Source: Eledone cirrhosa (lineage: Eukaryota). From it: DNA of 64,000 nt. How positions within the stretch are numbered: the first letter of the stretch is position 1; each line of letters starts with the position of its first letter. Shown here one piece after another: positions 12,601 through 25,485 of the stretch. Below the pieces are notes generated by a model. The model did not search any database and was not told where the DNA came from. It worked only from the letters and a program-made list of their open reading frames with translations. Location: the NCBI GenBank assembly GCA_964016885.1, contig OZ024740.1, positions 117,180,001-117,244,000 on the forward strand. Reading direction: 5' to 3'. Both the position numbers and the translations under genes were made by a program.

Positions 12601-13449
12601 GTACATTTGTGGATACATTTGTGTGTTTGTGTGAGAGTAATATGAGATAATTTTTTTCCATGTCTAGATACGATGATTATACGAATCTTATGTTCATTTT
12701 ATATCTTTGTTTATGACTGTTTTAATGTCAGCAATATTAAATTACCTCCTAATATTTTTATGGGCGCTTTTGCTTTTCCGTCTAGGCACCGTTATCTTCA
12801 ATATACAATGTATTTAACTATCCACAATGATTCGTTGTTTTTATAGAATTGAACAGAGTACAGATTTGCTATTCATTGCTGACTTTCTTTTTCGTCTTTA
12901 CCAATTTATTTTAATTGAATCTAACCATATTTCTGTTTTTAAACATTCATCACTAATATTGAGATTGTAAAATTATTTCCAGTTTTAGTTTCGTAATCAA
13001 GTATTTAACTTATACTATAATCTAGTATTAAACAATTATGAACTGAAAAAAAAATTAACTTTCAATATTTTCGGCTGTATGTTTTGTGTTCAAGCCCACC
13101 GTTGTCAACGCCCTTCTTCATCCTCCCTGGGTGGATGAAATAAGTACCCGTCGTATATAGGTTTACATTCAGCGGATAAGAACCCTTCTTTATAAGGATG
13201 AGGTCCTGTGATATTGTAAACATATCTGTGTAGCTAACAGGTATGATTTTATTTCTAACATTTAATTACATTGACCTAAGTACATTTAGGAACGGTTTTG
13301 TCAAACAGATTCTAGATTGTATGAAATATATCATCATTCAATTGGTTTGCAAATATTAACCTACTAATTCGTTACAATCACTGAAACAGAAATACATAGC
13401 ATTCTCCATATACATTTTGTTATTACAACAATTATTGTTTCTCCAAACG

Positions 13450-13499
13450 AACAAGCTGTGTAAAAGAAATATAAGTATATTTCTTTTACACAGCTTGTT
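13450..13499. repeat. Perfect 24-bp inverted repeat with 2-nt spacer
   Basis: AACAAGCTGTGTAAAAGAAATATA-AG-TATATTTCTTTTACACAGCTTGTT. Confidence 0.95.
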
Positions 13500-14020
13500 T
13501 TCAGGATTTCTACTGTATATTAATGCTAAACCTCGCGCTAAACACTCTACCTGATTTTTACTTACTCACCTTCCAGCTCTGAAAAATTCATTTCTCTATA
13601 CATTTTACCTTCAAGCATCAAACTTCAAACAAAATGAACAGAAATTGCTTCGTCCTTCCTGGTCCAGAAATGGCAACAATATTATTGAATTAAAAAATCC
13701 CTACTAACTGGTAATTGCGGATGCTAGAACGTCTAACTTCCCCTTCTCTGGAGAATTGGTTATGCGTTGACCTACGGGTTAATCTGACAGAACTAAGTGA
13801 TCATCGAATAAAGTACCTTATGATATTTGATTACATTCATATTTCACATCAATGATTTACGTTTCCTTTGATCGTCTCGGAGTTCAATAAATAAGTACTG
13901 ATGTCTGTGTAATCAACTATAATTTAAAATGTAGTGCTGTAGTATCGTCTCAGTCCTATATGAATAGAAAGAAAGAATATATATGTATATGCTCCTGTGA
14001 AAATGGGCATAATATAATAT

Positions 14021-14205
14021 AATTGTCTCTACTTTTTGGCACAAGGCCAGCAATTACCCAGTACATTACTGGTACTTTATTTTATCGACCCCGGAAGGAT
14101 GAAAGGCAAAGTTAACCTTGGCGCAATTTGAACTCAGAATGACAAGGGGCGTAACTCTATGCGTCAAAGCATCGTGTCCGACCCTCTACCGATACTGCCA
14201 ATCCA
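14021..14205 (-). mobile_element. Deu/Nin-core SINE
   Basis: Reverse complement of the 2446-2631 family. Confidence 0.9.
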
Positions 14206-14220
14206 ATATAATATAATATA

Positions 14221-14299
<79 letters not shown>

Positions 14300-16094
14300 C
14301 CATTTGCCATCGAACCGGCAAGAGCTCAGCCGTCGGATACTAACTATTTACAATATATATGTTTTTAAACTTTTTCTTTGCTAAAATGTTATACTTCTTA
14401 AATTCGTTGATTGTTATCAACCTTAACATGATCTATTCGGGTATGTTGTCTTGCGAACATTTCATACTGAGTTAGTTCTGAAGCATGTTCTCTTCGCACG
14501 TGTTATAATTGAGCAGTTTTGCAAATTACAAGTTCGGAATAATTGTGATGGCTTTTATGCTTTTTGTATTGTATCATTCTAAATCACACACACTCTCACA
14601 CACACACTCACGCATTTTCTCTCTTTTTAACTATCTATCTAGCTACTTATCTAGCTTTCTATAAAGCTATCTACTGTCTAACTATTATATATCTTTATCT
14701 ACCGTATGTATATATGTCTCTCTCTCTCTCTATCTCTCTCTCTCACTCTCGCTTTCTTTCTTCTTTATATATGTATATATATATATGGGGAGAGAGAGGA
14801 GGGAGGAGGAAGAGTGTATTAATATATCCCTGCTTGAACAGATATATAGTGAAATATATTCTGGTCTTGACAATCCCATCTACTATCAAATGTTCAGATA
14901 TTATATCTATAAAATTAATCGAATCCCTTCTCTTTTTAAAGACAGGCTAAGTGAGAAATTTGTCTGTTATTTCTAGCAACTATAGTGACAATATATTGGC
15001 AACGATGACGACTTGAAGAACAAATATATTTAGGTGATGTATTAAAAGAAACTGAAGAATTGATTTATTCTTTTCATATACAAATTTTGTTTATGTTTAT
15101 GCATCTACATAATATCAACGAAACCACAATAGTATAAAGCTCCATCAGATCCCATATCTTTCATGCCCCACATTCATAAGCATCACTTACACACAACAGG
15201 CTAAAAAATGATTCAACGCGGAAGTCTCTATGCTGTCGCTTCACGTACTAGAAATAGCAACCAAATCTCGCTCATGTCATACCTCCCTATCTTAAAAATA
15301 GAGCGGTTTCCTTAAACAATGTAATCCTACATATACAATGTTTGAAAGAATAAGACAGTGGTGTCATGATTCTAATGCAAAACAACACCAACAAACTGAT
15401 AAAAAAAGGAATGAGGAAAAGAATTGAAGAGGAGCCCGATCTATGAATTCACCATACGTAGGACTAGAGAAAAAATATGTGGGGACAAGATTGTTGCTAA
15501 AAAGACATGATCAAAAGCATTCCAACCATGACCAATCACATTTTGATACAAAGTATACCTTCTATGAGAATCCCATCCTTCTCATTCAATGGGGTTCTTG
15601 TATTGAGGTATCCAATGAGCCGTTCTCTTTTCATGATAACATGGGTTTCAATTCTAACACGCCATGAAATAAACGTAAAAGCTCCATTGAGCGACCATAT
15701 CCTGAATGGTTGGCAGAAAAGTAGACAACAAAACAGTAGAGGAAGAAAAATGTTGGAAAAGGTGTTAGACTTGTACGCATATGACACATACGTCTCGACG
15801 ACCATTTAATAACAATATTGGGAGCATTCAGTGCACTACGAAATAACAACGCAAAGATGTTGTTTTGTTCTTCTTCCCTTTATTGCTTTTAGTCATTGTT
15901 TTTATTTATTTATTAGCCTTTTTAGTGTGTCTCTCTGAAGGAGCTAACTTGAAGGATTGAATAAGCCATTATGTTTAATGCTAACCAGGTGAATGAATAT
16001 AACAGTACTATACACCGCCCTTCTGAAAATAAAGAGGTAAATAAAAGAAAATAGACACAAAATAGACAAAGTATACGTCCTACATTTTAAAATA

Positions 16095-16158
<64 letters not shown>

Positions 16159-16882
16159 ACACACATGCACATACACACATATATATATATATATGTGTGT
16201 GTGTACATATATGTATATATATATATAATGAAATAACCCTCTAGTCCTTTGGCATGTGTGATTCTTCATTTTAAATCAACGCTTTCGGATATGTCTACCG
16301 CTTGTAGTCAGCTTCTGTCTATCGTTAGCTGTCGCTGTTTTGTGGTGTGGGTTAGTAGGGTTCGATGTAGTGTGGTGTAGTGTGATGTAGTGTAGTGTGG
16401 TTGGGTGGAGTATGGTTTGGTATGGTGGGGAAACACTGACCGAATGACTAAAGTCAATGTTTTCAAAAAAAGCTTTTTTCAATTTGTCCCGTATCATTTT
16501 GCAGATGTTTCCATGACAGACACTAAGAATAGCTTTTTGTCTATGTCTTTTGATGTTTTCGAGAAATTAAGAAAAACAATAACAAAAAGTTTCTTTTAAA
16601 GCGGTTTCCTTCCAAAAAGAAAATATTCCGAAGTTTGGTAAACATTTAAGTATGACTGTGTGCGCATGTGTGCTCCTATACTAAAACTAGTAAAAGGATA
16701 TATATATATATAAAAGAAAATTTCGCTCTACATGGCTGAATACAATAAATGTAATCTGAGTTTTTCGAATATTAATAAGAACATTCGATTCGTTTGCAAT
16801 TTTGCAAACAAGCCTCAATTTTATAGCCATGTCAGGAGAATGAACACTTCATTCTTGCTCTTATGTTGACATGCGATCAGAA

Positions 16883-16926
16883 CTGCAGACACTAATGTTT
16901 CTGGGTTTCACCCTTCATCAGTACAA
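16883..16926 (-). ncRNA. Minimal type I hammerhead ribozyme
   Basis: UUGUA|CUGAUGA A GGGU GAA ACCC A GAAAC AUUAGU GUC|UGCAG. Stems I and II pair and stem III is quasi-palindromic. Confidence 0.85.
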
Positions 16927-16990
16927 CTCACTGTTCACTTGCCAAACTGTCAGAGCTAGTGAAAATATATGCTATTTTCAAAAATACAGT

Positions 16991-17108
16991 GACTGATCGG
17001 CCTGATTTGTTATTAGCAGACTGGCTGATCAGTCAGATCTGCATATTAGCAGATCAATTGATCAGCCAGATTTGCATATCAGTAGACTGGCCAGTCAGTT
17101 TCCTGTAT
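16991..17108. repeat. About 30-33-bp degenerate tandem repeat (3-4 units)
   Basis: Units resembling GACTGGCTGATCAGTCAGATCTGCATATTAGCA. Confidence 0.7.
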
Positions 17109-17613
17109 ACGAGCGATAAATGGCCGGCTTTGCCAAATTCAAATAAAAAAGAAAATTTCGGTCTACATGGCTGAATACAATAAATGTAATCTGAGTTTTT
17201 CGAATATTAATAACATTCGATTCGTTTGCAATTATGCAAACAAGCCTCAATTTTATAGCCATGTCTTTCTCCTGACATGGCTATAAAATTAAGGCTTGTT
17301 TGCAAAATTGCAAACGAATCGAATGTTATTATTAATATTCGAAAAACTCAGATTACATATATATATATATAGTGGTAGAATACTGGAAGGTAATATCCGT
17401 AGTGGTAGAGCACTCAGTCCATGGGACGAGTTAGGTAGCAGTGATTACACAACAGTTAGTTCAACATATATATATATAAATATATACACATTAAAAAGAG
17501 GGTGTGGTAAGATACCAGGTGAACCATAATGCACCAGAGTACTGGATACTTGGGGTAGTAGATCTAGCTGTCGAAACGGCCGGAGCTCACCCGTCGGGGT
17601 CCTGAATGTTTTC

Positions 17614-17671
<58 letters not shown>

Positions 17672-17675
<4 letters not shown>

Positions 17676-18283
17676 CCAACATTTCAACAGCATGTAGAAA
17701 CTGACTAAATATACCGTCAACCATACACAATTAGGTGTAAATTTAAACTCAGAAGAAACGCGTACATACCGTAATTATATCTCTAACATGGTTTCGTCCG
17801 TATTTTTAGATTTCCTATTGTTAGGACGTATCCAGAGTAACAGACTCATCAGGAGAAAACTCAAGATTGGACAGTTAATTTTCCAAAACGATCGCGCCAA
17901 AAATAGATTAAAACATGGCTAAGAATCGTGAGGTGGCAGTGGTCAAGTTAGAAAGAATGTGATAAGTTGCTTACGGCGGGTAGGCTTGTTGCTAGAAAGC
18001 GCAGCCCAATATCGCCCAATTGTATCTCAACCTAACGGCAGATTATTAAATATAAAGATTTACATATACATAAAGTCATAGATATATATGTGGCAACCGT
18101 TCACGAGGTGGCTCAATGAAGAATTAATAAATTAAATAATCAGAGCAAAATATCATAAATCATGTCCTTAGAATTATTAGGTAAAATATATACCATTTCC
18201 TCTCCCAATTAGCATAATTAACCATATAACAAATCAATTAGACCAGGCTATCAGAATAAAGGCTCCTTTATGTATATGTAAAT

Positions 18284-18285
<2 letters not shown>
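17672..18285 (-). mobile_element. HHR-bearing non-coding PLE-like element (family shared with 20430-21265)
   Basis: Flanked by (TA)n. Homologous blocks at 20440-20600 and 20700-21060. Confidence 0.75.
17781..17855 (-). ncRNA. Hammerhead ribozyme with extended stem II (one stem III mismatch)
   Basis: CUC|CUGAUGA GUC...(about 45 nt)...GAC GAAAC CAUG UUA|GAG. Confidence 0.7.
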
Positions 18286-18355
<70 letters not shown>

Positions 18356-18396
18356 TATAATATATATATAATATATATATATTATATATATGTTTA

Positions 18397-18434
18397 CGAG
18401 CTGAGGATCCGGTAAGGTGAAACAATTGTTCTCG
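18397..18434 (+). ncRNA. Minimal type I hammerhead ribozyme
   Basis: CGAG|CUGAGGA U CC GGUAA GG U GAAAC AAUU GUU|CUCG, within a 75-bp island between (TA)n tracts. Confidence 0.8.
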
Positions 18435-18463
18435 GTATGGTGAACTAACTGTTGTATAACCAC

Positions 18464-18991
<528 letters not shown>

Positions 18992-19129
18992 AGGGATAAC
19001 AAAATATCGTTATAGGTAATCCAGTTAGAGGTTGTGAATACTTCTTATTATGGATAGTTTCAGCGTATAGCATTGTTTGACTCAACAAGAGGTTTACGTA
19101 GATGGCGAGTTTATGATTTCACTTGGCAC

Positions 19130-19814
19130 ATGTTCGTACATTTCAGATCGGCCCTCCCACTCGGTGCCAAGTTCGGATACATAAAGAACGAACTGGCACG
19201 TATCAAGAACAAATGCACCGACGCCAGAGACCGAGACACACACACCACACATTTCCTGGAAGTACTCAAACTGAACGGATACACGACATCCACCACAAAC
19301 CGTGCCAGAAAGAACAGAGGACACCACACCCGAGGCACTAACACTTGCTTCCTGAAGCTCCCACACTTCAGTGAAGAAACAACAACAGCCATCCGCAGAG
19401 CCATCAGACGAGAGGGACTGGATATCCAACTGGCCCACTCGGGTCCTTCTTTGCGCGGACGGCTGGCTAAGAGACACTCCACCAGACATGACAACTGCTG
19501 CAGGCTAGCCAACTGCCCCATCAACGACACAGACCTATGCCACCAGGCTTACGTAGTATACAGACTAGAGTGTGACAAATGCAACAACTTCTACGTAGGT
19601 AGCACCACCAGACCACTCCACATAAGAATAAAAGAACACCTCATTTAAGAAACACCTAGTTAAATGCAAAAATACCGATAAAAGCATAACAGTTAGGATA
19701 GCAACTAAGGAAAGAAACCTCGGCAATCTTAGAATTAAGGAAGCACTTATTATAGATAGAACACATCCACCAATCAATAATAGACTAGAGCTCAACACCC
19801 AATTTATAACCTGA
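19130..19814 (+). pseudogene. PLE ORF remnant, GIY-YIG endonuclease
   Basis: ORF 19073-19648 plus a frameshifted continuation to TGA at about 19814. Confidence 0.85.
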
Positions 19815-20205
19815 TAGGGCCTCTAGCCCCATTTTTACACACCCCACACACACGCACGCGCACACCTCCACTTATTCTCTCTCACACATACACACACAAA
19901 ACCAGTTCTAACACCAGATAACACCTACCCCCCACTTTTACGATTAGACCTATCTTCCCACACTCACACACACACACCCACATACCTACACCTTCATGCA
20001 TCCTCCCACACACATATACAGGCACGTATATATAATTTAAAAAAAAAAAAAAAAAAACCTAAACAAACCTCTCTTAAAGGGAGACTACTCTTTATCCACC
20101 TAATTTTAATTCTTTGATATTAGAGTTAGAACAGATACTCTATACTATTTCCGGTCAGCATGGCTTGACTAGAGATTTAAAGACGCTGGTTTGAGACCTT
20201 TACTC

Positions 20206-20241
20206 CCCTCCGAAGAAGAGATATTATCTCGAAAATTAAGG
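20206..20241 (+). ncRNA. Minimal HHR (U4C variant) in the PLE 3' region
   Basis: CCU|CCGAAGA A GAGAU AUU AUCUC GAAA AU UA|AGG. Confidence 0.6.
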
Positions 20242-20429
20242 ACATTTAAATAAATTCAAGGTGAAAGACGAATTCACATCAATATCTTTCACTATTGCAT
20301 TCTTTTTTCTATGTCCATACCTGCATTGTCTTGGCCTTATTACACATATTCAAACGTTTATATATATATATATATAAAATTTAAAGGGTATAACCACATA
20401 AACTAGACAAGGCCATATAAATATATATA

Positions 20430-21265
20430 TATGTTTTTTGGCAACCATTCACAGTGGCTCAATGACGAATTAATTAAATAATTAATAATCAGAGCAATAT
20501 ATAAAAAGTAAGTCCATAGAATCATTAGATAAAATATATACAGTATTTCTTCTTCCAATCAGCATAAATTAACCACACAAAAAATCATTTAAACGAGGCT
20601 ATAGGTTTAAAATATATCTATGAAGAAATAGTAGATAAATGATATAGCTCTTTATCTGCGATTCACAGCTATAGAAAATTTACCCATTATTTCTTATAGC
20701 CTGTAGAAATTGACTAAACATATAGTTAACCATACATAATTAGTTGCAAAATCAAAGTTAGAAGAAAAAATGCACATAAACATACCGAACTTTCATACCG
20801 GCAGTTTCATTCCGTTTTTGGATATATCCGATCTTGGATAAATCAACGAGGTTGGAAATCATCAGGAGATAAACTCAATTGGACAAAGATTTTTCTTACA
20901 TGATCCCCGCCAGAAACGAATTCAAAATGGCTAAGAATCGTCACGTGGCTAGAGGTCAAGGCAGAAAGTTTGTGATTGGTGCCTGTCGGCGAGTAGGCTG
21001 GTTGCTAGAAAGCGCAGCCGAATACTGCCTAAAGTTTTACTCAACCTTACGGGAGTATATACAATTTAAAGGGTATATACACATAAACTACTGGTAGTAG
21101 AGATGTATTGATGAGTTTGGTATGTTTATGTGCATTTGTTCTTCTAACTTTGATTTTGCAACTAATTATGTATGGTTCACTATATGTCTAGTCAATTTCT
21201 ACAGGCTATCAGAAATAATGGGTAAATTTTCTATAGCTGTGAATCTAATGATTCTATGGACCTAC
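20430..21265 (-). mobile_element. HHR-bearing PLE-like element with about 135-bp inverted duplication
   Basis: 20660-20792 is inverted at about 21113-21245. HHR-like motif at 20793-20868 (minus): CUGAUGA U UUCC...GGAA U GAAAC UGCCG GUA. Confidence 0.75.
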
Positions 21266-21365
21266 TATATATATATATGTAAAAGGTAAACAGAAATAAC
21301 AACACAATCGGTACAGTATATGGAAGGGATATATTAGGTTAACGCTTGAAATAGCAGGAAGAGAG

Positions 21366-21400
21366 ACTTAACGTTTCAGACGCTAGTCCTTATCAGAAGA
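21366..21400 (-). ncRNA. Degenerate minimal HHR (G8A)
   Basis: CUGAUAA GGAC UAGC GUCU GAAACGUUA. Confidence 0.5.
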
Positions 21401-21486
21401 AAGAATGAGAAATAAGATAGATTGACGGAACGGGCGGGTTTTAATTGGAAAAATGTCTTTAGATAAAAAATATATATATATATACA

Positions 21487-21600
<114 letters not shown>

Positions 21601-22569
21601 TGTGTGTGTGAGTATGTGTGTGTGTCTGCTTGTGTGTGTTCCGCCCGCTGAGGGACTTCCTTACGCGGATGCATTTCTAAATTAATTAGGTTTAATAACC
21701 GTTAATAAAATACAGTTGTTGATATTTGACGACTGGCATGCATAATATATTTAGGTGTGTGTATGTATGTATGTATGTATGTATGTATGTATGTATGTAT
21801 GTATGTATGTATGTATGTATGTATGTATGTATGTATGTATCTATGTTCTCCTTTTCGGGTAGTGTTTTCGATGCTCAGATAGTGGGACTGGTCGAGTGCA
21901 AGGCCTTTCCCCACTTAAAAAAACCTTCAAAGCACAAGCAATGGTTGTTCAGGTTATGTTACAGATTCGTGTGGCTGGTAATCTAACAAGCGATTACAGT
22001 ACTCTTAGCAGAGTTTGCAGCCATCATGTATGTATGTATGTATGCATGTATGTGTGTGTACGCACGTCTGGGTCTTCTTACAAACCTACAAACACTGTTT
22101 GTTCAAATGCAGGCAGCGAATAAAACAGATATATAAGCACGTAACTAAAAAAATGCATGTGCGTGCAGGGACATAGACATATGCGTGCACACTAAATACG
22201 TCGTTATCTATCGCAAAAATGTCTGATTCGACATATGGCACACGCATACATATATGCATATAAGTTTATATACATGTACACACACACATTCGACATCATC
22301 TAGATCACTTATTGTTTTTTAAAAACGTATGTATATTATTTATTGTATATTCCTAATTCGACATCTCTCCCCCAAATATCCTCTTTTCTCCCTATCATTC
22401 TATCTTTCGATGAAGAACTAACATCCAACACGTTAACATAATCTTGCTATTATATTAAATGTTCAACTAATATACATACTCGATCCCACAATGTATTCAC
22501 ACGCACACACAGGCTGACACTCACGCACGCAATTGCAGGATAGGAGAGAGAATATATATATATATATAT

Positions 22570-22840
22570 CCCACAAATCCTTGTGGAGTCGTAGGGGCAC
22601 CGTCAAACGACGTGCCTAGGGCACTTTTAAACCTTGCGGAGCTCAACCCTCTCCAGGTCTGAACACAGCAGATTATTTCTATAGTGGAAGAATTGACTCT
22701 AGTCCTGGACTGCTACTCTTGTTATCGACCTCGAAAGGATGAAAGGCAAGGTTGACTCGGGTGGGATTTGAACTCATAGCGCAATGAGGTAGGACGAATA
22801 CCGTAAAGCATTCTATCCAAGGTTTTGTTTCTATCGCCGC
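22570..22840 (-). mobile_element. Divergent Deu/Nin-core SINE with a different tail
   Basis: TTATCGACCTCGAAAGGATGAAAGGCAAGGTTGAC...GGATTTGAACTC. Confidence 0.7.
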
Positions 22841-22956
22841 ATATTATATATATATATATGCGGTGATATGCAGTAAAAGCTAGTTAGACCATTACTCATA
22901 TATATATATATACATATATATGTATACATACATACATATATATTTATATATATATA

Positions 22957-22997
<41 letters not shown>

Positions 22998-23051
22998 CGT
23001 TTCTGAATTTGTTTAGCAAGATTCTTTATCTGAAATCGTGTGTTGAAACCG

Positions 23052-23561
23052 ATATTGTTATAATTTGGGAGGGTCATGTTGCCAATAAGAAACACACGCA
23101 CCAGTCGCTTTCACTTCAATTTAATTTATTAAATATTTATAAATTTACAAATTTATAAATTTCTGGTTGGTTGGTTGGTTCCACAACCAGATAGTTGTTT
23201 ATATATATATAGTCATAGTTCTTTCGTCACACACTCTGTGACCTCTTCAGTGACTGGGGATTTCTTTCTTCGTTTCTGTGCCTTTCTTTTCTTCTATTCT
23301 ACGCCATTTTGTTTTGGCGTAGGATAGAAGAAAGGAAAGGCACAGAAACGAAGAAAGAAATCCCCAGTCACTGAAGAGGTCACAGAGTGTGTGACGAAAG
23401 AACTATGACTATATATATATAAACAACTATCTGGTTGTGGAACCAACCAACCAACCAGAAATTTATAAATTTGTAAATTTATAAATATTTAATAAATTAA
23501 ATTGAAGTGAAAGCAACTGGTGCGTGTGTTTCTTATTGGCAACATGACCCTCCCAAAGTAT

Positions 23562-23569
<8 letters not shown>
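23052..23569. repeat. About 255-bp-arm foldback palindrome (8-nt spacer) with an HHR in each arm
   Basis: Arms 23052-23306 / 23315-23569 with a few mismatches, abutting (TA)n. Confidence 0.95.
23366..23410 (+). ncRNA. Type I hammerhead ribozyme (mirror copy at 23211-23255, minus)
   Basis: AGUCA|CUGAAGA G GUCAC AGAGUGU GUGAC GAAAG AA CUA|UGACU. Confidence 0.85.
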
Positions 23570-23654
<85 letters not shown>

Positions 23655-23662
23655 TATGTATG

Positions 23663-23736
<74 letters not shown>

Positions 23737-23759
23737 TAATATATATATATATTAATATA

Positions 23760-24045
23760 TGTAGAAATAAACAGTAAATTCTGCGTCTAAAATTACGAGG
23801 GTAGATTATACCACAGATGTGGATTATACCACTGATGAAATGCCTAAGGATTATCTGTTACAAAGACAATTTTCGGGGCGAAACAGATTAAATCTTTAGT
23901 CTGTCCGAGAGATGAAATCGTTATTGATACGGTCTGTATAGGAAATCTTGTATCTTACTGTATGATTCAGATTAAATATATAAAACATTTGTGGTATATC
24001 TACCCTCGTAATTTTAGACGCAGAATTTACTGTGGTTATTTCTAC
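23760..24045 (+). mobile_element. PLE-like element with about 60-bp inverted ends and an internal HHR core
   Basis: IR 23760-23820 / 23985-24045. CUGAUGA...GGC GAAACAGAUUAAA UC UUUAGUCUGUC at 23832-23905. Confidence 0.75.
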
Positions 24046-24589
24046 TTATATTATTATATAATGCTCAGTATTTATAATTTGAGCTTGTTAATTGCAGGGT
24101 ATCAATATGAGTTCATAACTCTATATTTTATTTGTGTATATATATATATATATGAGTGTGTTTGTGTGTGCGTATATGCACTTATTAAAATGACCCACCC
24201 GATATACTCTAGAGTTTCAATGATGAATTAATTAAGTTTTTGGAGGCAGGGATACAACCAAGCATTGTTGTTAAAATACTGATATCAGGTTTCTCTTTGC
24301 CGAGGTATATTTCTTTGACCGAAGTCTAGAATACAGTCCCACTTTAGTAACATGCTTCATTTATGAACATATTATATTACGTATTTTTACAAATGATCTG
24401 GATATCCAGCAGGAAAAGAGAATTATAGAAATTACATGACGAATGGGTAAATGTGTGGAAAGGGAAAAGCAAAACAAAGCAATTAATCATAAAAAGATGA
24501 AAGATTTTTTTTAATTATTAAAAAAATAAAATAAATCGAAACTGGAAAGAGAAAAGAAAGTTATATAGAAATGATGACGGGAAGATAAA

Positions 24590-24790
24590 TGGTTTCTAAT
24601 TTAGGTACATGGCTAGCAATTTATGGGAAGGAGAACGTCGAATATATCGACAACAGTACTTTATTTTATCGACATCGGAGGATGCAAGTTAAAGTTTAGA
24701 GCGGTGGGATTTGAACTCAGAAGATAAAATGTTGTAACTTGATGCCTCAACGCACTTGATGCGACACTGTTATGATTCTGCTAACCCACC
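24590..24790 (-). mobile_element. Old Deu/Nin-core SINE
   Basis: Degenerate core and B-box (GGATTTGAACTCAG). Confidence 0.7.
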
Positions 24791-25299
24791 ATCCCTTAAG
24801 CATAAATGGTTAAGAAAAAGTACTAAATCAAAATGTCTTTTATAAAAGTATTCGAAGTTTAAAATCTTTTCTTTATACACAGGTCGACCATAAATGAAGA
24901 GACCTATGATCAAATGATTTGCGGTCGTGACCAGCCTTTCCTTTTTCTACACAAATTATTCAATGTTTCTTTCCATTTTAAAGACACTACGATATAATTG
25001 AAATTACCGCTCACACCTATATAGGTTTAACTGACTTCCTACGGGGCTGCATCTCACAAGAGGTTTCTCGGGAATTTTAACGTTATAGGCTCCACTCTTA
25101 TCACGAAAACACCGTGAAATGAAATGTCTTGCTTAACAACACAATATTCCGAACGGTCCAAGAATCAAACCCACAACCCTATCATCATGAGTCCAACGCT
25201 TTATCTACTAGGCCACGCACTTTCACGTGATTTTAAGAAGTTATAGCGACTACATGGCAATTTTTTCGCAGACTCGTTGGTCTTATTATTTAAAGAAAC

Positions 25300-25485
25300 G
25301 CGGTGAATTGGCAGTATCGGTAGAGGGTTGGCCGCCATGCTTTCTAGCATAGTTACGTCCCTTTACGGTTTGAGTTCAAATCCCGCCGAGGTTAACTTTG
25401 CCTTTCATCCTTACGGGGTCGATAAAATAAAGTATCAGTAATGTACTGGGTAATTGCTGGCCTTGTACCTAGAGTAGAAACAATT
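25300..25485 (+). mobile_element. Deu/Nin-core SINE with 14-bp TSD
   Basis: Full copy. ATTATTTAAAGAAA is duplicated on the flanks. Confidence 0.92.

Larger units (their letters stand above)
16712..17358 (-). mobile_element. Non-coding PLE/retrozyme-like element: partial tandem plus inverted 5' segment, between (TA)n tracts
   Basis: Direct repeat 16712-16833 / 17147-17265, inverted copy 17267-17358, internal HHR. Confidence 0.8.
19130..20360 (+). mobile_element. 5'-truncated Penelope-like element (RT thumb, Cys-rich linker, GIY-YIG endonuclease, 3' pLTR with HHR)
   Basis: HFRSALPLGAKFGYIKNELARI..C, CCRLANCP..LC, VVYRLECDKCNNFYVGST.R.L..RIKEH; after a frameshift, LRIKEALII..HPPINN. Ends at (TA)n. 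Confidence 0.9.

Noticed and set aside
15380-15880. Overlapping ORFs including a YVG motif (possible GIY-YIG or exon)
   Set aside because: No supporting GIY, R..EH or E..N motifs in frame, and no clear splice sites.
16991-17108. Short repeats resembling a CRISPR array
   Set aside because: They are degenerate tandem units without unique spacers, in a eukaryotic context with no cas genes.
18992-19115. Minus-strand UUGUUGA...GAAACUAUC HHR-like trace upstream of the PLE
   Set aside because: The core is too degenerate and the stems do not pair.
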